IMG/VR virus record: IMGVR_UViG_3300036770_007621
DNA: 64,000 bases
Source of the DNA: a virus
Direction: 5' to 3' (one strand)
Part shown: one piece after another, positions 37,615-46,798 of the stretch
Numbering within the stretch: position 1 is the stretch's first letter
Layout: each line of letters opens with the position of its first letter
The notes under the pieces: generated by a model
Databases searched by the model: none
The model's input: the letters and a program-made list of their open reading frames with translations, nothing else
What the model was told of the DNA's origin: nothing
Made by a program: the position numbers and the translations under genes

Positions 37615-38547
37615 TTATCCTTTATAATTTGAAGCCCAGTCAATACCGTCGCTGCTAGATACTTCTAATGCATCTTCTGGCAAATATCCACGATCTTGAC
37701 GTAAAGGATAGCCCATATCATCTAATAACTGTCTTACTTCTGCTTGTTCACGAACGCTTAATTTATATAATTTAACTTGTTTTTCGTATGTATTTTCAAT
37801 ATCATGACCAGCAGAAACCATACCGTTAATACAAACTCTAGCAATTCTAGAAATCAATAAAGGAACAGTAACATACACACCTTGTACGCCTGTAATTTTT
37901 TGAGCTTCTTTTACAAAACCCATAGGAATTACTTCTGCTTCAGATTTTTTCTTTTTCTTGGTTTTTCTTACTTTTTCTAATCTATCTTCTAATCTTTGTA
38001 ATCCATCATCAATAGTTGATCTGATTGCTTCTACTTTATCTGCATCTAAAGCTCCATCTAAATCTAGTCTCATAGCTTTAGATATTTCATTATCTAATCT
38101 TTGTAGATATGAGATGGCTCTTTCTAATCCAGCAGTATCCATACCTGAGTGGCGGGGGACAGAATCTACTCTATCTTTTACCCAGACAACAAATCCATGA
38201 TGACCTTTGGATTCCCAGTCCCATTTATCTTCTTTTTTAGATTTGCGGGCATCATTGGTATCGCCTTTATCTTCTTTGTCTTCTTTATCTTCCACTATAA
38301 TTTCAGGTGCATCTTCTGCGCCAGGAACATCTGGTAATGTAATCTCAATCTCTACTTTCTCAGGATGCAAAATATTTAAGCTATTTGGAGCCTCATGCAT
38401 ATGCTGATGTTCTCCATGAGAATGAGATGGCATAGCTGGTAACATAGGAGATAATACGGGCTCTAAAGAAGATAAAGGAGGAGATACATCACCTTCAAAA
38501 GATGGATCCACGACTACTAATTCTTGAGCAAGAGTCATTAATGACAT
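37615..38547 (-). CDS. Hypothetical head-region protein
   Basis: 310 aa ORF with GAGG SD; VKEAQ motif. Confidence 0.7.
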   Translation of the reverse strand: MSLMTLAQELVVVDPSFEGDVSPPLSSLEPVLSPMLPAMPSHSHGEHQHMHEAPNSLNILHPEKVEIEITLPDVPGAEDAPEIIVEDKEDKEDKGDTNDARKSKKEDKWDWESKGHHGFVVWVKDRVDSVPRHSGMDTAGLERAISYLQRLDNEISKAMRLDLDGALDADKVEAIRSTIDDGLQRLEDRLEKVRKTKKKKKSEAEVIPMGFVKEAQKITGVQGVYVTVPLLISRIARVCINGMVSAGHDIENTYEKQVKLYKLSVREQAEVRQLLDDMGYPLRQDRGYLPEDALEVSSSDGIDWASNYKG

Positions 38548-38602
38548 TGGTACCTCTAAAGTAAAAATCTTTTAACATTTATATATTATAATAATCACTG
38601 AT

Positions 38603-38611
38603 TATATAACA
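38603..38611 (-). promoter_or_regulatory. Extended -10-like motif TGTTATATA
   Basis: Intergenic, upstream of 37615..38547. Confidence 0.35.
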
Positions 38612-38613
38612 AT

Positions 38614-39264
38614 TTACACAAACCACATTTTATTATAAATTTTGTTTCCTGAGTTAGTTACATCATAATATTGATTAATATTGTTAACTGTTTTATCTGC
38701 ATCTAAATCTTCTTCTGGATCAAAACCATTTGGAAACAATAAATCTGGTTCTTTAGGTTGTAATAAAATAGTAGCCAATCCTTTTAGATATGGAGAAGGC
38801 TCTTCGTCTTCGACATAATCTCTTCCAAAATTTAATTGTTCTGGTCTTTTGCCTTCAAAATCATTTAAGGCAAAATAATAATCGCCTCTTCCGCCAATCG
38901 GAATAGAATTTACATAAGCACCATTTTCTCCTAATATAGGAGTTACATATTGGTCTAATGAAAAATCAATGGCTTTTTTTATAATTTGATTTAACAAATT
39001 GATTCTAGCTTTTGTTTTTTTATTTTTATATTTATTTTTTAATTTTTTTCTTCTTTTATTTAAAAAGTCTTTTACGCTTTTATACTGTAATATTTCATTC
39101 CAGCCTGATCCAGGACCATATTTACCAGGCACATCATATAAATCATAATTTTTATAAAATATTTCTTCAAATCTAGGTTGTACCAATACAGCTTTTTCTG
39201 GCTTATATTGTTGTTTTTTAGGTTTAGGCTTTTCAGTTCCTTGAAAATAAGAATGTTTAAGCAT
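38614..39264 (-). CDS. Hypothetical protein
   Basis: 216 aa ORF with GAGGA SD. Confidence 0.7.
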   Translation of the reverse strand: MLKHSYFQGTEKPKPKKQQYKPEKAVLVQPRFEEIFYKNYDLYDVPGKYGPGSGWNEILQYKSVKDFLNKRRKKLKNKYKNKKTKARINLLNQIIKKAIDFSLDQYVTPILGENGAYVNSIPIGGRGDYYFALNDFEGKRPEQLNFGRDYVEDEEPSPYLKGLATILLQPKEPDLLFPNGFDPEEDLDADKTVNNINQYYDVTNSGNKIYNKMWFV

Positions 39265-40024
39265 TGGATCCTCTTAAATGTTTTAAATAATAAGGATAAA
39301 TTACCTCATTAACAGGAACATGATTCCACAAATTCATTTTATTTAAATAATAATTAGCCCTTTCAGGGTCAAGAGAAAAAGATTTATCTAATTTTTCTGA
39401 AATATAAGCGGGATTTACATCTTGTAATGGATTTTGTTGATTATTGACATAATCAATAATAGGTTGGTCTATATCAAAACCTAACTTACATGCAATATAA
39501 ATTGCTCTCACTATTCTTTTTTTTTGTTCTAAATCTTGAAAAGTATATTCTGGAGATAAACAAGTTTTTATTTTCTTTTGTTTAATATCTTGAAAAGCTC
39601 TTTCAGTAGGATCATAGATTGTAGTTAAATTAAAATCCATTAAAAGAGCATTACATGTAAAGTCTCTACTAAATGTCTCTTTCTTTATATTAGTCGGATT
39701 AACATTCATATCTCTTAATATATTTTGTATATTAGGATAATTATAATTAGAAGAAAAATCTAATTTAATCTTGCCCAAGAAAATAGAAATATGTCCATCT
39801 AACATTGTTTTTTTAGTTACTGTATAATTTTGTTTTAAAGCATCAAATAATTTAATAGCAACTAAATCAATTGTTTTATCACCTGTTGTTAGATCTATAT
39901 CTTCTAATTTATCTAACCGATCCATATAGCGATCACGAGCCGCACCTCCACAAAGATATACCGTAGAAGCGTTTATATCCTCTTGTGTTCTTCTAATTTG
40001 AGATAATAGGTCTCGTAATTTCAT
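39257..40024 (-). CDS. Class II nucleotidyltransferase (CCA-adding/poly(A) polymerase family), head and neck only
   Basis: GGAARD, catalytic DID, RDFTCNALL and RIVRA motifs; only 255 aa. Confidence 0.85.
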   Translation of the reverse strand: MKLRDLLSQIRRTQEDINASTVYLCGGAARDRYMDRLDKLEDIDLTTGDKTIDLVAIKLFDALKQNYTVTKKTMLDGHISIFLGKIKLDFSSNYNYPNIQNILRDMNVNPTNIKKETFSRDFTCNALLMDFNLTTIYDPTERAFQDIKQKKIKTCLSPEYTFQDLEQKKRIVRAIYIACKLGFDIDQPIIDYVNNQQNPLQDVNPAYISEKLDKSFSLDPERANYYLNKMNLWNHVPVNEVIYPYYLKHLRGSNA

Positions 40025-40025
40025 A

Positions 40026-41933
40026 TTACACTACTGGTGGAGGTGTGACGGCTGGGGCTGGAGCTACGGGAGCAGGCGGTAATGCTGGTGCAGGAGGTGC
40101 AGGCATCAAGTCTTCATCAATCTCTATTTCTGGAGACTCTTGAACCCTACTCAAAGCTTCGTTAATTTCTTGATCTTTTCTTACTTGTTTTCTAATTTTT
40201 TCTTTAACTTCTCCAGATTCTAAGTTTTTCTTGATAGCATCAATTTGAGGAGATGTAGAAGGCAAGCTGTCTCCATACAAATTTATTTCTTTAGTCTGGG
40301 TTGCTCCATGTAATTTAGAAAGAATTGTATCAATACGAGTAGAGATATAGTTGTTTGACTCTAGTGCTTTGTTAGTTGCTTCAGATAAGTCTGGGAAGTA
40401 TGAAGCCAATCCCAAACTATCTAACATCATATCTACAATAGCTAATTGTCTTGGAACTTCTCTTACTTTAAAGATTTTAGACAAATCTTCTAATTTAGAA
40501 ATAATATCTTCTACTGTAATTTTAGAAAAAATTTCATTTACTTTGTTATCGAAAGTTTGTAAACTAGGAGAAGTTGACTTGTCAACAGCAGGAGCAGTTA
40601 CTTCATCTTCTGATACTTCTAATGAAGGAGCAGCAGGCTCTGTAACAGGAGCTACTGGAGCAGGCGTCATCGCAGGCAATGCTGGCGCAGGAGAACTTAC
40701 TGCGGGCTCAGGGGCTAATTGAGCTTCTACTATTAACTCATCATCAATTGATAAATTATCTTCATCATATACCTCTAATTCATCAATTGAATTAGAGTCT
40801 ACGCCTTTTAATCCTTTTAAAAAGCTAGTAATACCAGGAGATTTGGGCTCTTTGGGAGCAGCAGGTGCAGCGGGAGCAGCAGGCATTGCTGGAATAGGAG
40901 GCGTTCCAGGTACTGGAGGTGCGCCACCAAGAGGAGGTATAGGTGTAGGAGGCATATTTGCGGTAGAGGGTGGCGCAGTAGGATCTGGAGGAGTTGCTGG
41001 GACAGTAGGAGAATTATCATTCTTAGGAGCTTCTGGCGCATTAGGCTGAGCAGGAATTGAAGCTGGTAATCCGCCAGCAGAACCTGAACCACCAGCAGTA
41101 TCGCTTCCAGTCATAGGATTAGGGGCAGGACTGACATTGGCTGCTGCTGCCGCAGCTGCTGGGTCATCTGCTAAAGCAAATAATAATTCGGCAGCATCAA
41201 AATATCCTCTTTTAACAAGAACATTGGCTTCACGAATAATCATATCTTGATACATTTTGTTAGAAGTGCTAACTTTATTTAAAGTACTTACTTTTTTCTT
41301 TAATCCAAAGATAGCTTCCATTAACGATTCTAATTCTTTTCCAGCAAACAAACTACCATCATCACTTCGTAATAGTTTTTCAATAGAATCTAGTCTACTG
41401 ATTACTTTTTTTCTTTGTTTATTGATAATTTCTTTTCTTTCTTTATCTGTTAATTCGTTGCTAACTTTTTCTTTTACAGAATTAATATCTGATCCAGAAA
41501 CTACTGCTTCTGATTTAATTGGGTCAGGTCTAATAGATAGAAAATATCCAGGATCGTCACCAAGGTAATAATTATTTTGAGCAAATTTGTATTTCAAGTG
41601 ATTACCCTCTTCGTAAAATCTAAGCCAATTTTTAAAATCTAATTTTTCATTATTAGACCAATTTGCAGTTGCCTGCGACAAAGCACTTGTTCGATCTAAA
41701 CCATCTTTTTCTTTTGTGTATAATTCTCTTACCGCTACCAACCATTTATCTGTATTATGCTGCCCAGGAATATGTAGCATGTACTCAGAATTAGGATATG
41801 CATACTTAATATCTGCTTCAGTCACTATTTCTATAGGCTCATCTGAAACGTCGGCATTTACAATACCACCATCTACCAAAATATCTTCATCTAAAATATC
41901 TTTAGCCCCAGTTTCTAAAACTTCTATTTTCAT
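40026..41933 (-). CDS. Pro/Ala-rich head-region protein
   Basis: 635 aa; globular segments separated by PAAP-type linkers. Confidence 0.75.
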   Translation of the reverse strand: MKIEVLETGAKDILDEDILVDGGIVNADVSDEPIEIVTEADIKYAYPNSEYMLHIPGQHNTDKWLVAVRELYTKEKDGLDRTSALSQATANWSNNEKLDFKNWLRFYEEGNHLKYKFAQNNYYLGDDPGYFLSIRPDPIKSEAVVSGSDINSVKEKVSNELTDKERKEIINKQRKKVISRLDSIEKLLRSDDGSLFAGKELESLMEAIFGLKKKVSTLNKVSTSNKMYQDMIIREANVLVKRGYFDAAELLFALADDPAAAAAAANVSPAPNPMTGSDTAGGSGSAGGLPASIPAQPNAPEAPKNDNSPTVPATPPDPTAPPSTANMPPTPIPPLGGAPPVPGTPPIPAMPAAPAAPAAPKEPKSPGITSFLKGLKGVDSNSIDELEVYDEDNLSIDDELIVEAQLAPEPAVSSPAPALPAMTPAPVAPVTEPAAPSLEVSEDEVTAPAVDKSTSPSLQTFDNKVNEIFSKITVEDIISKLEDLSKIFKVREVPRQLAIVDMMLDSLGLASYFPDLSEATNKALESNNYISTRIDTILSKLHGATQTKEINLYGDSLPSTSPQIDAIKKNLESGEVKEKIRKQVRKDQEINEALSRVQESPEIEIDEDLMPAPPAPALPPAPVAPAPAVTPPPVV

Positions 41934-41936
41934 AAA

Positions 41937-42692
41937 CTACTCATTTAATTTTTGGGTAATGGTTTCATTTAATAGTTTTGCCTCTGCCAACTTCATATCA
42001 GTATTTAATATATTATTTTTCTCAGGACTTTTTAAACTTTCCATTTTTTTATGAAATACTTCCATAAAATATAAAGATGTCTGCAAATCCATCTGAGATA
42101 ACACATCTCGTATCACATCATGAAATACCGAAATATGCTGATCTACTACCTGTAAAGTAACATTATGCTGAACTACATTATTAGCCGGAACTTCTGTGAA
42201 CTTATAATACTTTTCCAAAATATTACCTAATGTATCTGCATATTCAATCAACAACCTATCAATTCTTGTATTTATATTTCTAGGATCTGCTTGTACTTCA
42301 TCGAATACTTGTGCTAAACGAGTTTCAATCGCTACACATAAATTAGCAACAATCTTCCTAACGTCTATTTCTTTGCTAGCTAACTCCATCATTTTGCTTC
42401 TATAAGCACTATTGTTTTGAACAGATAAAGTTAGCTGCTCTTCTGTGTTAGTAGCTACTGCCATTTTTGATTTTGCAATGTCTTCTTGAATTAAATTATA
42501 AATATCTAAATAATTATCTTTAAAAGATTGAATAGACTTTTCAGCAATCACAAACTTAGCCTCACTAACATTTGTGTATTTTGCCTGTAACCATTCGTGT
42601 ACATCGTTAGCAGATGTTCCAATAACTAATTTAGAAATAATTTCATCTTTATCCGGATGATCTATTATTTTTTTTAAAGCGGTTTTGTTCAT
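41937..42692 (-). CDS. Candidate terminase small subunit (HTH plus coiled coil)
   Basis: N-terminus KKIIDHPDKDEIISKL...DVHEWL resembles Mu gp27/DUF3486-type HTH proteins; lies upstream of the terminase cluster. Confidence 0.35.
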   Translation of the reverse strand: MNKTALKKIIDHPDKDEIISKLVIGTSANDVHEWLQAKYTNVSEAKFVIAEKSIQSFKDNYLDIYNLIQEDIAKSKMAVATNTEEQLTLSVQNNSAYRSKMMELASKEIDVRKIVANLCVAIETRLAQVFDEVQADPRNINTRIDRLLIEYADTLGNILEKYYKFTEVPANNVVQHNVTLQVVDQHISVFHDVIRDVLSQMDLQTSLYFMEVFHKKMESLKSPEKNNILNTDMKLAEAKLLNETITQKLNE

Positions 42693-42739
42693 ACATAATA
42701 CCTAATTTTGTTATAATATATGCAAAATTATATACAAAT

Positions 42740-42928
42740 TTATAATGACTTTGGTTTTTTCCAATCAGATTCCCACATAGTAATTAAGTTATATCCAGCT
42801 AATTTTATCAAACTTTCTCTTAAAAGCGTATTATCATATAACTCTTTCATGGTTTTATTAAGTTTAATATTTATTTCTTCTGGCTTAAAAATTTTTGGAT
42901 TACCATGAAAATAATCTCCATAAAATTT
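42740..42928 (-). pseudogene. Truncated Vsr/DUF559-like endonuclease remnant
   Basis: KFYGDYFHGNPK...ELYDNTLLRESLIKLAGYNLITMWESDWKK*; in-frame stop just upstream and no start codon ahead of the motif. Confidence 0.7.
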
Positions 42929-42943
42929 ATTTGCTCTTTAATG

Positions 42944-42977
42944 CAAAAGAGCAGTCAGAAAGATCTGCTGCTCTTTG
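42944..42977 (-). terminator. Hairpin terminator
   Basis: AAAGAGCAG...CTGCTCTTT stem with inner CAG/CTG pairing, downstream of 43006..43719. Confidence 0.6.
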
Positions 42978-43005
42978 TAAATTATACTTACAAGATTGAA
43001 CCATG

Positions 43006-43719
43006 TCAGTTATTATAACCCAAGCGTCCCTCTCGTGTATCGAAGATAGCATGTGCTGGTTCGCTTAAGTGTTGAGTCTGCTGTGAAACACTGCCTCCAG
43101 GCACTTTACCACCATTGCTTAAAGTAAATCCAGTGTCATAATTATAGATTTTTTTATCTAAATCACATTGCCAAGTATGCTCTCCTACTCTGGCAATTTG
43201 CGCACCGGGATGGTCAGGACATGTACGAGTGCTAAGGGGTGCTTGCAAAATTCTATAATCCTTTGTCATACCGCTATCTTCTACTGCTTTTTGAGCATCA
43301 GCTAACATATTAGTTTCTACTAAATCTTGACGAGGATCTATATATTTTTTTCTTAAAGCATCCATCCTAGCATCTTCTGAAGCTTTTTTAGCAGCTATAG
43401 CTCCTGGAGGAGCGGCAATGCTTAACAATAATTCATCTAATACAGAGGCTTGCTTTTTTAATTCTAAATCACCAGAAGCATCAAATACAGCAGCTAAGTT
43501 AGCTAGTTTTTCTACTGCTTCTGGAGTAATCTTAGATTCTTCTGGAGGCTCTATATGATCTACTTCTTCTGCTGCATTTTTTAATAAAGCGGCAGCCAAT
43601 ACGCAAGAATTAGCAACTACTTTCATGCATTTTGCATCAGCTTCGGCTAACATCAAAGCTTCATTGTTTGGACTTTCTAGCCAGGATGCAATTGAATATA
43701 ACATTTCAGAAATTCTCAT
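43006..43719 (-). CDS. Hypothetical head-region protein with possible zinc-binding C-terminus
   Basis: 237 aa; LAAVFDASG...KQASVLDELL helical motif; CPDH...WQC. Confidence 0.7.
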   Translation of the reverse strand: MRISEMLYSIASWLESPNNEALMLAEADAKCMKVVANSCVLAAALLKNAAEEVDHIEPPEESKITPEAVEKLANLAAVFDASGDLELKKQASVLDELLLSIAAPPGAIAAKKASEDARMDALRKKYIDPRQDLVETNMLADAQKAVEDSGMTKDYRILQAPLSTRTCPDHPGAQIARVGEHTWQCDLDKKIYNYDTGFTLSNGGKVPGGSVSQQTQHLSEPAHAIFDTREGRLGYNN

Positions 43720-43729
43720 AATGCCTCAT

Positions 43730-45346
43730 TTATCCAAAGATTTTAGCATTCATAAAAGAAGCGCCTTCATAACTCTCTGACATGCCTCTACGATATAGTG
43801 GTCTGTGATTGCCTTCGTTATCAATATATATTTTGTTGATGGGTAATCCAGTTTGCTTGGAGATAGGAAGTTTGCTATGTGCAGTTACATAGAAGTCATT
43901 TGCATTATACATAGGATGTTGTGTAATGTCTTGCTTCTTGTAATTTAACCCAGAAGCATATACATGGAAACCAGTAGCATATGCTTTAGTATCGCCGCTA
44001 GAAGCAAGTACATTTAATGCATCTTCTGCCTTAGCAAGATTACCTTCTGATATTGCTTCTCTAATATTATTAATTAAATCACTGGGTTTAACGCTAAACA
44101 ATGGAGATGCTGTAGCAGCAACTTTGTAATCTGTTTGATTGTCGATGTATAGTTGATTAATGCCGTCTTCATCAAATGATGATACAGATCCATTGCAAAT
44201 TAACATTCCAGGCTTTTGTAATTTGTTGTTAGCAAATTTAACAGGAACGGTAAAGGCTACTTTGCCAGCATCTAATGAAACTCCGTAGAAAATAGTAGAT
44301 TGATCACTGCCAGTAACTATAATTTGTGGGTTCTTATGACCAAATCCATGGAGTTCACGAGCAATATGGCTCATAGCTAGTTTTACCTTATCTTCGCCAA
44401 ATTGGAAAGAAACTTGACCATAAGGAGAGGTAAATTGCTCTTCAAATGACTTAAATTCGTCAGACTGAGCTAATTTAATTTCTCCTGGAGCTTTTTCATC
44501 TACTTTAAGACCTAACACTTGATTTTGAGTAAAATCTGATTGAACTTGGCGAGAAGCATTTAATCTAACTACAGCTAATTCTGCATCACTCACTTCACGA
44601 TTATCAGAAGCTGCTTTAGTTAATACTTCTAAAATATTAGAACCAGTAACTTTTAATTTGCTACCAGCATTTTTACGTAAATAGCCTTTTACGTTGTTAT
44701 TATTAAGCTCTTGGGGTCCAGCGTTACCCATAAATACCATGGCTTGTGATACTTTGTTGGAGCGAACTTCTACTGGAACATAAAAACTAGTAATTCCTTT
44801 AGGAGTATCGTAATCTGCTTTAATAACTAAGAATTTCTCATTACCATCTATTACTTGTAGATTGGAGGGTCTTAAATTCCAAGAATCTAAATTTTTGCTT
44901 ACATCACTGGCAGCTTTATCGGCTAAAGCTTGAGAATACATTTTTAATGGAACATTCTTATCAAAAACACTATTTAAAGCGTTGCTAAGAACAGGATTTG
45001 CTGCCGCATACACATTAACCTCACCAGCATCGTCTCTTTGATGTAAGGTAGGTTCTGGTAATTGATCTGATAATCCTAATTCCTCAGAAAATAATTGAGC
45101 AAATTTAGTGTTTCTAGAAAAAAGTTTATGATATAAATTTTTAAATTCAGCTTTACGAATAAACAAATTATTGTTATCCGCCATTTTTTCAATCACTCTA
45201 GCCATAGAACCAAGTGTTTGATCCTCTGGATATGAATGCAAGCATTTAGCCAATTTCACAGATAATACTGGAATTGCTAATCTTTCATGATCCTCTACTC
45301 TTTGAGCGAGGGAACCTACTAATTGCTGTATTTTATCGAAGCTCAT
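43730..45346 (-). CDS. Hypothetical structural protein with an internally duplicated alpha/beta domain
   Basis: 538 aa; SFYVPVEV and AFTVPVKF segments suggest two related units. Confidence 0.65.
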   Translation of the reverse strand: MSFDKIQQLVGSLAQRVEDHERLAIPVLSVKLAKCLHSYPEDQTLGSMARVIEKMADNNNLFIRKAEFKNLYHKLFSRNTKFAQLFSEELGLSDQLPEPTLHQRDDAGEVNVYAAANPVLSNALNSVFDKNVPLKMYSQALADKAASDVSKNLDSWNLRPSNLQVIDGNEKFLVIKADYDTPKGITSFYVPVEVRSNKVSQAMVFMGNAGPQELNNNNVKGYLRKNAGSKLKVTGSNILEVLTKAASDNREVSDAELAVVRLNASRQVQSDFTQNQVLGLKVDEKAPGEIKLAQSDEFKSFEEQFTSPYGQVSFQFGEDKVKLAMSHIARELHGFGHKNPQIIVTGSDQSTIFYGVSLDAGKVAFTVPVKFANNKLQKPGMLICNGSVSSFDEDGINQLYIDNQTDYKVAATASPLFSVKPSDLINNIREAISEGNLAKAEDALNVLASSGDTKAYATGFHVYASGLNYKKQDITQHPMYNANDFYVTAHSKLPISKQTGLPINKIYIDNEGNHRPLYRRGMSESYEGASFMNAKIFG

Positions 45347-45368
45347 GTAAGCATCCTATTCGGTAATA

Positions 45369-45836
45369 TTAAACTAATTCAGGGTACTTATTTAATACCG
45401 CATTTTTAGCTGAAACAGATAATTCATTCAACAATGACTTAACTAATTTCTTATTCTCGGCTAACTTAGCAGGCAAATAACTTTCAACTTGATTTAATTC
45501 TTGTGGAGGTATCCCTAATTTACTAGCTGAAACTCTAACAATAGGATCTCCTTTATAAGAAACTTCTACTGCATTTGCTGTTTTAAGCACATTAACTTCC
45601 CATTCAGATTTCTTGATAGTATCTTCTGGATTGTAAATAGCTATGATATAGTCCCCATCATCAGCATTTTGAATCTGCCATAAATTAGCCGCCGCATCAT
45701 TTTCTTTAAATCTAACAATATCAAAAGCTACTTTCTCTATTTTGTCTTGTACCTCTGATAGTTTATAAGCTTTTTTATAAATTTTGTTATCTAATTTTGA
45801 GTAATCAAGATTAAATTTTGGCATCATATCTCCCAT
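45369..45836 (-). CDS. Hypothetical protein
   Basis: About 150 aa; the real start may be 45827 (GGAG SD). Confidence 0.7.
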   Translation of the reverse strand: MGDMMPKFNLDYSKLDNKIYKKAYKLSEVQDKIEKVAFDIVRFKENDAAANLWQIQNADDGDYIIAIYNPEDTIKKSEWEVNVLKTANAVEVSYKGDPIVRVSASKLGIPPQELNQVESYLPAKLAENKKLVKSLLNELSVSAKNAVLNKYPELV

Positions 45837-45893
45837 TACATAATATGTATTCTATCATAGATAGACAAATATTGATAATATTATATGTTTTTA

Positions 45894-46781
45894 TTATATG
45901 TATTGGTTATTATTTTTTCTTCTTTGCCTTTTGTATTCCGCAAAACATAATCTACAATAAGTATTTAGCCCAGAAGATGATCTTTTGTCTTTATTAAAAG
46001 AATGTGCCATTTTAATATGTTTACATTTAAAACATTCTTTTAAACCTAATGACGCATCATAAAAGCATTTATATTGTTTTTCTGGAGCTTTTCTATTTAA
46101 ATTATATTTATTTTCTTTTTGCTCTATTATAGATTTTTTCCTATGACACAAAGCACAGAGAACTTGACACTTTGCTAATTCTTTTTGCAAAATGTCAAAA
46201 TTTCTATTTCTTAATTGACATATATTATACAATTTAGTGGAAGGGTCAATATGATCTAATTGCATATTGTAATAATCATATTGTTTTCCACAGTCAGCAC
46301 ATGGTTTGTTTTTAAATTTTTGAATCAATTCTACATTAGGTCTATGTTTTTTAGACGGAACTAATTTGCTGATTAATCTATTGTAAGACCTTTTATTATG
46401 ACAAAGTACGCAAACCAAATCACATTTTTGTATTTCTTCTAATATCTTTTCTTTAGGAGAATTAGATAAAACCATTCTAGACACACTTTGTACTTTTTGA
46501 CCCCTCTCAGGCACATGGTCAAAATCCATACAGTAAGGTTCATAGATATTATTGCAATCTAGGCATGGTTTAGATTTTTTTAAATCTTGCAGCCATTTAA
46601 TTCTTTCAGCCCGTCTATTGTTGGTATTTTGTCGGCTAAGCTCTATATTTTTACTATATCTTTCTTTTCTATATTCAGAAAAACATATTTTGCACCAACT
46701 AGCTAATTTATCAGTTGTCTTTTTATCTGGACTAAAACAACTATTTTCTCTTTCATTTTTACATCTTACGCATAGTTTCAT
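45894..46781 (-). CDS. HNH-type homing endonuclease with two HNH-like units and terminal zinc ribbons
   Basis: DFDHVP...KCDLVCVLCH and QLDHIDP...KCQVLCALCH; CxxC...CxxC at both ends. Confidence 0.85.
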   Translation of the reverse strand: MKLCVRCKNERENSCFSPDKKTTDKLASWCKICFSEYRKERYSKNIELSRQNTNNRRAERIKWLQDLKKSKPCLDCNNIYEPYCMDFDHVPERGQKVQSVSRMVLSNSPKEKILEEIQKCDLVCVLCHNKRSYNRLISKLVPSKKHRPNVELIQKFKNKPCADCGKQYDYYNMQLDHIDPSTKLYNICQLRNRNFDILQKELAKCQVLCALCHRKKSIIEQKENKYNLNRKAPEKQYKCFYDASLGLKECFKCKHIKMAHSFNKDKRSSSGLNTYCRLCFAEYKRQRRKNNNQYI

Positions 46782-46788
46782 GCATAAT

Positions 46789-46797
46789 TATATATCA
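46789..46797 (-). promoter_or_regulatory. Extended -10-like motif TGATATATA
   Basis: 7 nt upstream of the HNH ATG. Confidence 0.4.
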
Positions 46798-46798
46798 A

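Noticed and set aside
43730-45346. Major capsid protein call for this or any other ORF
   Set aside because: No recognisable HK97-fold capsid motifs; the capsid gene probably lies outside the window.
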